Source: Eledone cirrhosa (Eukaryota). From it: DNA of 64,000 nt. The notes beneath the pieces are model-generated. The model saw nothing but the letters and a program-made list of their open reading frames with translations, was not told the DNA's origin and ran no database searches. Both the position numbers and the translations under genes were made by a program. Below are positions 57,301 to 64,000 of the stretch, one piece after another (position 1 is the stretch's first letter; each line of letters starts with the position of its first letter). The DNA is taken from the NCBI GenBank assembly GCA_964016885.1, contig OZ024741.1:232624001-232688000 (forward strand), given 5' to 3'.

Positions 57301-60300
57301 ACTGTAAATAAAACCCTTTTTCTGTTGACCATGTTATTCTTCACTCTTTCACTAATATTTCTCCAAGATTAACTTGCATAGGGACTCCTGAGAACACAAA
57401 AACTCGCTACATAAGGAAACCTCTTGTTGAGTCAAGCAAAGCCGTACGCTAAAACTATCAATATTACGGAGTATTCACAACCTCTAACTGGATTACCTAT
57501 AACGATAATGTGTTATCCCATGTACCAAGCTCCCACTAGGTTGAGCAACAACCTTAACGCACGGCAATAACATGGAAAGACACCACATATGCATGGCCTT
57601 AAAAAACATACCTTTACCTACAAACATTGAATATACACTCAGTATGATACAAAAATTAATGACTTTATCCGTAGAATATGATGGAAAGCATATCATTACG
57701 ATAAAGGACATACTAATATTTAAAATGATGAATTTACCAGGGAAAAATATGGGTTCAAATCCTGCAAAAATCCACCGAACAACCCCCAACTTGATGCCTT
57801 TGAACTTGATCCTCATGAACATGATAAACGGAAACACATTTAAAAAAACGGACACATTACAGCAAACTGCAAAATGACATCAATGCACTACTAAAGAAAT
57901 TGCGTAACGCCAACGGTACTATAGTAAAACCGGACAAAACATCAAATGTATATACCAGGAACCTTAATACATACAATAACTGTATATGCCTGGAATTACA
58001 CAAAAATACAAGAAAACTACAGAGTCTACACTCACTAACATTAATAAGGAAGGACTTAACATAGTAAAAAACTGAAAATATATGATAGAACCGAGCCTCT
58101 GACCCCTTGTAAACCCACATTTAATTGAACAATCATAAATGCAACTTCGAAACTGACCCTACTATTAGATTAATATGATCATCGAAATCGGATATAGGTA
58201 GAATTAGCAAGTATATACTAGATAGAATAATACCACAAATTAAAGACAAACTAATAATTAAGCTATGGAGTAACACTAACGAAGCAATAGATTGCTTTAG
58301 CAAATTAGACAATAAGGAAACATCCGACTTCATACAGTTTGAAATCAATGATTACTACTCCTCTATTTCTCCAGTCACCCTAAATAAGGCACTAACCTTT
58401 GCACACAAAAACTCGGACTTATCCTCTGATGAAATTAGAATAATACTAGCAGCTAGAAGAACTAACACTAGGTTCGATAATAATCACTGGGAAACAAAAA
58501 ATAGACAGAATAACTTTAATATCACTATGGGATCTAACGACTCAGCTAAGGTCACAGACATGGTTGGAATATATATAGCACATATCTTACATAAGGAATT
58601 TGATAACCTCCAGGGAGGAATTTATAGAGACGATACACTACTTTTAGCTAAAATCTTAAATAATCAAAACTTTGAAAGATTTCGTTAAAAGATTAGAACC
58701 TTCTTCAATAAACTAGGCCTAAACATCACTTTCGAACTCAAATCTAAAAAGGCTGACTTCTTGGATGAATCACTCAACTTAAACACAGGACTAATAGAGC
58801 CCTTCCATAAAAATAACGAAAATCTAGCCTACATTAATTATAACTCAAACCACCCTCACTCCATTATTAACTCCATAGCACATAGTATATCCCTTAGAAT
58901 TTCACGCTTATCTTCTAACCTAGAGATTTTTAATGAACACGCGAACTACTACAACATAGCTTTACCTAAGGCAGGCCACAAAGAGAGGCTCAAATACATA
59001 CCAGATACAAACAACAACAACACACTTAACAGCAATAACACCAGCCACACCTATAGAAATAACAAATATAGAACTACTAAACATAGAAATAGACAACGAG
59101 CACCAGAAATAAATGAACCGAATACTAATATAAGGACCCCTAGGAACTATAGAAGATCCAGAGATAGGAAACACTTATGGTTCAACCTAATATTTAACTC
59201 CTCTATAAAAACCAAACTACCTTCTACATTCTTTAAATTAATTGATATGCACTTCCCTAAACTTCACAAATACCAGAGAATCTTTAATAGAAATACCATC
59301 AAACTATCTTACTCTACTGCAACTAACATAGAATCACACATACATAAAATTAACTATGAAAGAATCTCTAATGCAAATAAGCTACAAACAAACACCATAA
59401 CACCAAATACAAATCACAAACACATAACAACATAACAACCACACACACGTCAAAACACATCACAACAGAACATCGAAAAACCCAAATCTCAGCCCATACA
59501 TAACAACATACAAAATCACATCGTTGAACCGACACTCAGGAAAGCCTCAACATGTAACTGTCATTTACCGGATAAGTGCCCACTACAAAATAGATGCCTG
59601 GAGTCAAATATAGTGTACCTATGTACTATAAATTCAGGCAACTTAGCATGGCACTAGATAGGTTCTACGGCGGGGGAGTTCAAAAAAATATGGTACGTCC
59701 GCAGACACTCTATAAAGTACCGTAAACTAATGAACACAACAACGCTCGCCACTAAAATCTGGCAGCTTAAGGATACAAACCACGAATACTGGATTAGCTG
59801 GTCGAAACTGTTAGGAGCAAAGGCCTACACAAATGGAATGTTCCACTGCGAACTTTGCAATATGGAGTTGCTCCATATTTTAAAATATGACAAAATGCTG
59901 CTTAACAGCAAAATTGAACGGTCAATTTTCTGTAGGCATAAAGCAGCTACTAAATTTGATAATTTCAAACCAACACGATTCGACCCAACAATTCCATAAT
60001 TCAAATTGTTCCCCTGAGTATAATAACCCATTATTCTTATTATTAACTGTCAATAAATCAACTAATCAATGAATCAACATCATAACCTCCTATCTTTTCT
60101 CTTTCATTCTCTTTCCCTAAATATATATTTACCTCTTACATTATATCCTATTCACTTCTAACATAACTTCCAATGTATTAATTTATTAATTTAACGAATA
60201 CATATATGTATATATTTAATATTTTCATGTTTATACCATCATATCTTTATATTTTAACCAGCAACACAACAACTATTTTCAACAATCATTTTATGTTCAC

Positions 60301-61162
60301 CTCTCTTCGCACACATATACATTTTTTTTTATTTTTATCATCTTCAGTATAACTTATTTATTATTTTGTTCTTTATCTTTTTTTATTTTTTCTTCTTTCT
60401 TTTTCTCTCTATCATTTTATTTTTTTATTTTTTTTATTTATTATTGATGTTGTAATTTGAATTTTCATAGTATATTACAAACGCCGTGTATAATTTTAAA
60501 CAGTTTCTCTGATGATTTGGTTAAGCATGCATTGTATTTAAATTTGAGTGACACAACTTCAAGTGATTAGCAATTTTTAGACAACTTAATCAATGAATAA
60601 TACTGTAAATAAAACCCTTTTTGTACTGTTGACCATGTTATTCTTCACTCTTTCACTATTATTACTCCAAGATTAACTTGCATAGGAACTCCTTAGAACT
60701 CATATACACGCTACCTAAAGAAACCTCTTGTTGAGTCAAACAAAGCTGTACGCTAAAACTATCCACATTACGGAGTATTCACAACCTCTAACAGGATTAA
60801 CTATAACGATAATTTGTTATCCCATGAACCAAGCTCCCACTAGGTTGAGCAACAACCTTAACGCACGGCACTAACATGGGAAAAAACCACATAGGCATGT
60901 ACTTAAAAACATACCTATACCTACAAACAGGGAATATACACTCAGTATGATACAAAGAACTAATGACTTTATCCGTCGAATCCGATGGTAAGCATATCAT
61001 TACGATAAAGGACAGACTAATAATAAAAATGATGAATTTGCTCGCTACCTAAAGAAACCTCTTGTTGAGTCAAACAAAGTTTTACGCGAAAGTTATCCAC
61101 ATTATGTTACGCAGTATTCACAACCTCTAACTAGATTAACTATAACGATAATTTGTTATCTC
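57301..61162 (+). mobile_element. Near full-length decayed Naiad-like PLE (family C) with direct terminal repeat
   Basis: LKNIPLP..DKT..DYYSSI..MGS..GIYRDD..SNHP..CNCHLPDKCPL..GIY-YIG; 57301-57735 repeated at 60602-61040, plus a partial duplication at 61041-61160. Confidence 0.92.
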
Positions 61163-61194
61163 ATATATATATATGTAGGTATGTATATATATAT

Positions 61195-61777
61195 ATTTGG
61201 GGAGGGTCATATTTGTGTAATAGTATTGCCAGAATTAATAACAGAACACACCCATTATTTGGTTGGTTTTCGCTTCTGTGTCTTTAATATCGGTTAATTT
61301 AATTTATTCGGTCCTCAATGTTGCCATTGACTGACCAACGGTCAAAAATACAGATACAACATAGACACAAACACATATATATATAGTCTATCAAAGTTCT
61401 TTCGTTGCACATCTGCAACATCGTCAGTGGTGCTATTATGTTTCCCTTACAATGCAACGGGAGAAAACATAATAGCAACACTGACGATGTTGCAGATGTG
61501 CAACGAAAGAACTTTGATAGACTATATATATATGCGTTTGTGTGTATATTGTATCTGTATGTTTGACGGTTGGTCAGTCAATGGCAACATTGAGGACCAA
61601 ATAAATTAAATTAACCGATATAAAAGACACAGAAGCGAAGACCAACCAAACAGTGAGTGTGTTCTCTTATTAATTCTGGCAATACTATTACATAAATATG
61701 ACACTCACCAAGTATAACAATACTTGTTTCGACACACGATTTCATATCAAAAACCTCGCAAAACTAATTCATCGCCG

Positions 61778-61780
<3 letters not shown>
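61195..61780. mobile_element. Family B fold-back pair with two HHRs
   Basis: Centre ~61455; aaca-CTGACGA-t-gttgca gatg tgcaac-GAAAG aa CTT-tgat at 61477-61518, mirror at 61390-61431. Confidence 0.8.
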
Positions 61781-61854
<74 letters not shown>

Positions 61855-61997
61855 TGTTTATCTACATTAATTCTTACTGTCCGATGATGTCACAGCCAAT
61901 AATGGCTCTCACTGAAATATATATAGCAGAGAATTAGAATAAACCAACCCAACTTTAACATGTTTGACTTACACATCTTATTTTATATGTATATATT

Positions 61998-62115
<118 letters not shown>

Positions 62116-62336
62116 ACCACGCATATCTTTACTATCTCTAATCCTTCTATATATTTAGAAAAATAACCAATAATATATTCTATAAAAATGTCAAAACAAC
62201 AGATGGGAATCTAATTACTCACTGCCACCAAAAATTCTCGCTGCTATCAAAAAACCACTCCCTCAACTATTCTTCTAACAACTTCAGCCCTCCCTCCCAA
62301 TATTCTCTATAAAAACTAAACAGGTCCTCAGTAATA

Positions 62337-62458
62337 TTATTCTGATGAAATGACAGTAAATAATAACATTGAAATATTGAATGTCTGCATAACTAATTAC
62401 TTTGTAGATAGCAGCTGTTTTCAGGTTATGTAACTGTTATAGAAACACGTGTCAATAA
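62337..62458 (+). ncRNA. Type I hammerhead with ~93-nt branched stem II
   Basis: ttatt-CTGATGA-a-atgacagt..tgtctgca/tgtagata..actgttat-a-GAAAC acgt GTC-aataa. Confidence 0.78.
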
Positions 62459-62605
62459 ATTCCTTTCAGCTAAACTGTATCCATTCAAATCTTTCTATTT
62501 TTCTCCGGATTACTTTTGGAACTACAACTGGAACCGTCGAGCAAACTGTACGTGAGCTGTCAATCTACTGTGTGTAATATTTATATTACAACACAACGGA
62601 AAATA

Positions 62606-62712
<107 letters not shown>

Positions 62713-62748
62713 CATATATATATATAAATATAAATATATATATGTGTG

Positions 62749-62779
<31 letters not shown>

Positions 62780-62780
62780 T

Positions 62781-62818
<38 letters not shown>

Positions 62819-64000
62819 TTCTCTCTCACAGCAAACCAAGACTATTATTTGATGACTAAAAGCCATGCAGTGGGTCCTATGCGAGATCTCAACTACATAG
62901 ACATACCTGTGTGCATATGTAGGATTACAGAATACATTAATGTAGCGTGTCACCCTGATAGTGAAAACAAGTTATTGTGAATGGTTTTTGAACAGATTAC
63001 AAAATATCTCTCGGCGATCACAATGACAACTTTAAGCTGATTGTAGTCTTCACCTATATATATCTATTGATTTTGTTTTTAGAAAAGCATGAACGTTACA
63101 CTATCATATGCAAATTGCTTTCAAATCTAAGCATCACACCAATATAGGGTAAAGATTTTCAGGTTAACAAGTAAGGCAAACAGCCGTCACAAGTTAAAGC
63201 ATAGCATTAATCGGGAGTACCTACCCCTGAATGCACTATTAATGTATATTTCACTTTCAGTTGTTGATACGAGAAGAACTGAGACAAGAATACTTGTTGA
63301 ACTAATAATAGTTACATCACAGCAAGCCGAAATAAAACACTGCAATTCCTTCCAAGCAAAGCCAGTAAATTGTTAAAACATCTCAAAAATTTCATTGAAA
63401 CCAATATTTGTATATGCTGTACATAATTATTCAGATGAGTGTCCTTAATTTATTTGTTATCATCACAGCCTTTGCAGCCTTATTCCGATTAGAAGCATTT
63501 TAGTTTATAATAATTGTTCTTCCTCAATTCAGAATCCAGACAAAATTTAACGTACAACTGTCCTAAAATCCAATACAAGTTGATAAACCTTCCTTTACAT
63601 TGCCAAAAAGGCATAACTTCACAAATCAAGTATTCTATATAACTGGTGCTCAATTCCATGCTAAACCATTCCTGCATTTAAAATATTGATTATTTTGCAG
63701 GAGTTACCAAAAGGCTTAAACCACCCGTGTAATGCGGCTAGGAAATTCGTAAATATTGGAAGAAACCAGGACATATCAAACATTCCATGTAAGATTGATT
63801 AATTATATATTCATAAGCAATCAGTGTTTTGTATCCAAGGATTAGAAAAATATCACCTTTATTACAGCGGAGGGATTTACTTGAGCAAAATCATGTTTTT
63901 TAATTATTTAAAGGATTGCAAAATATTATGAATGCGTTGCCGTTCGACCTATATACATGTATGTGTGTGTGTGTGTGTGTATATGTCACCACAATCCTCT

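Noticed and set aside
57680-57700. In-frame TGA as selenocysteine (known in some Naiads)
   Set aside because: It falls at an Arg (CGA in the duplicate near 60983), consistent with CpG decay; no TGA seen at Cys positions of the zinc motifs examined
62960-63790. Possible host exons in unique sequence
   Set aside because: Only weak splice-site pairs and no recognisable peptide

Overview
Eukaryotic, AT-rich, repeat-saturated DNA with no recognisable intact host gene. A tRNA-derived SINE resembling octopus SINEs and the very long (TA)n arrays suggest a cephalopod (inference). Nearly all ORFs in the track are microsatellite translations. The window is dominated by Penelope-like retroelements (PLEs; Naiad-, Neptune- and Nematis-like RT plus GIY-YIG) inserted in (TA)n, usually with fold-back (inverted) ends, and by short non-coding relatives. 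By eye I find roughly 35 complete or damaged type I hammerhead ribozyme (HHR) motifs from about 15 families. These include ~420-520 bp retrozyme-like tandem units, HHRs with ~65-110 nt stem II domains, and U3-A8 core variants. Also present: two head-to-tail non-autonomous Helitrons, a decayed CR1/L2-group LINE, RTE fragments (one 5'-inverted), a hAT fragment, a Tc1/mariner fragment and a near-perfect 305-bp palindrome. All structures and clade calls were made manually; family letters are my own labels and element boundaries are approximate.
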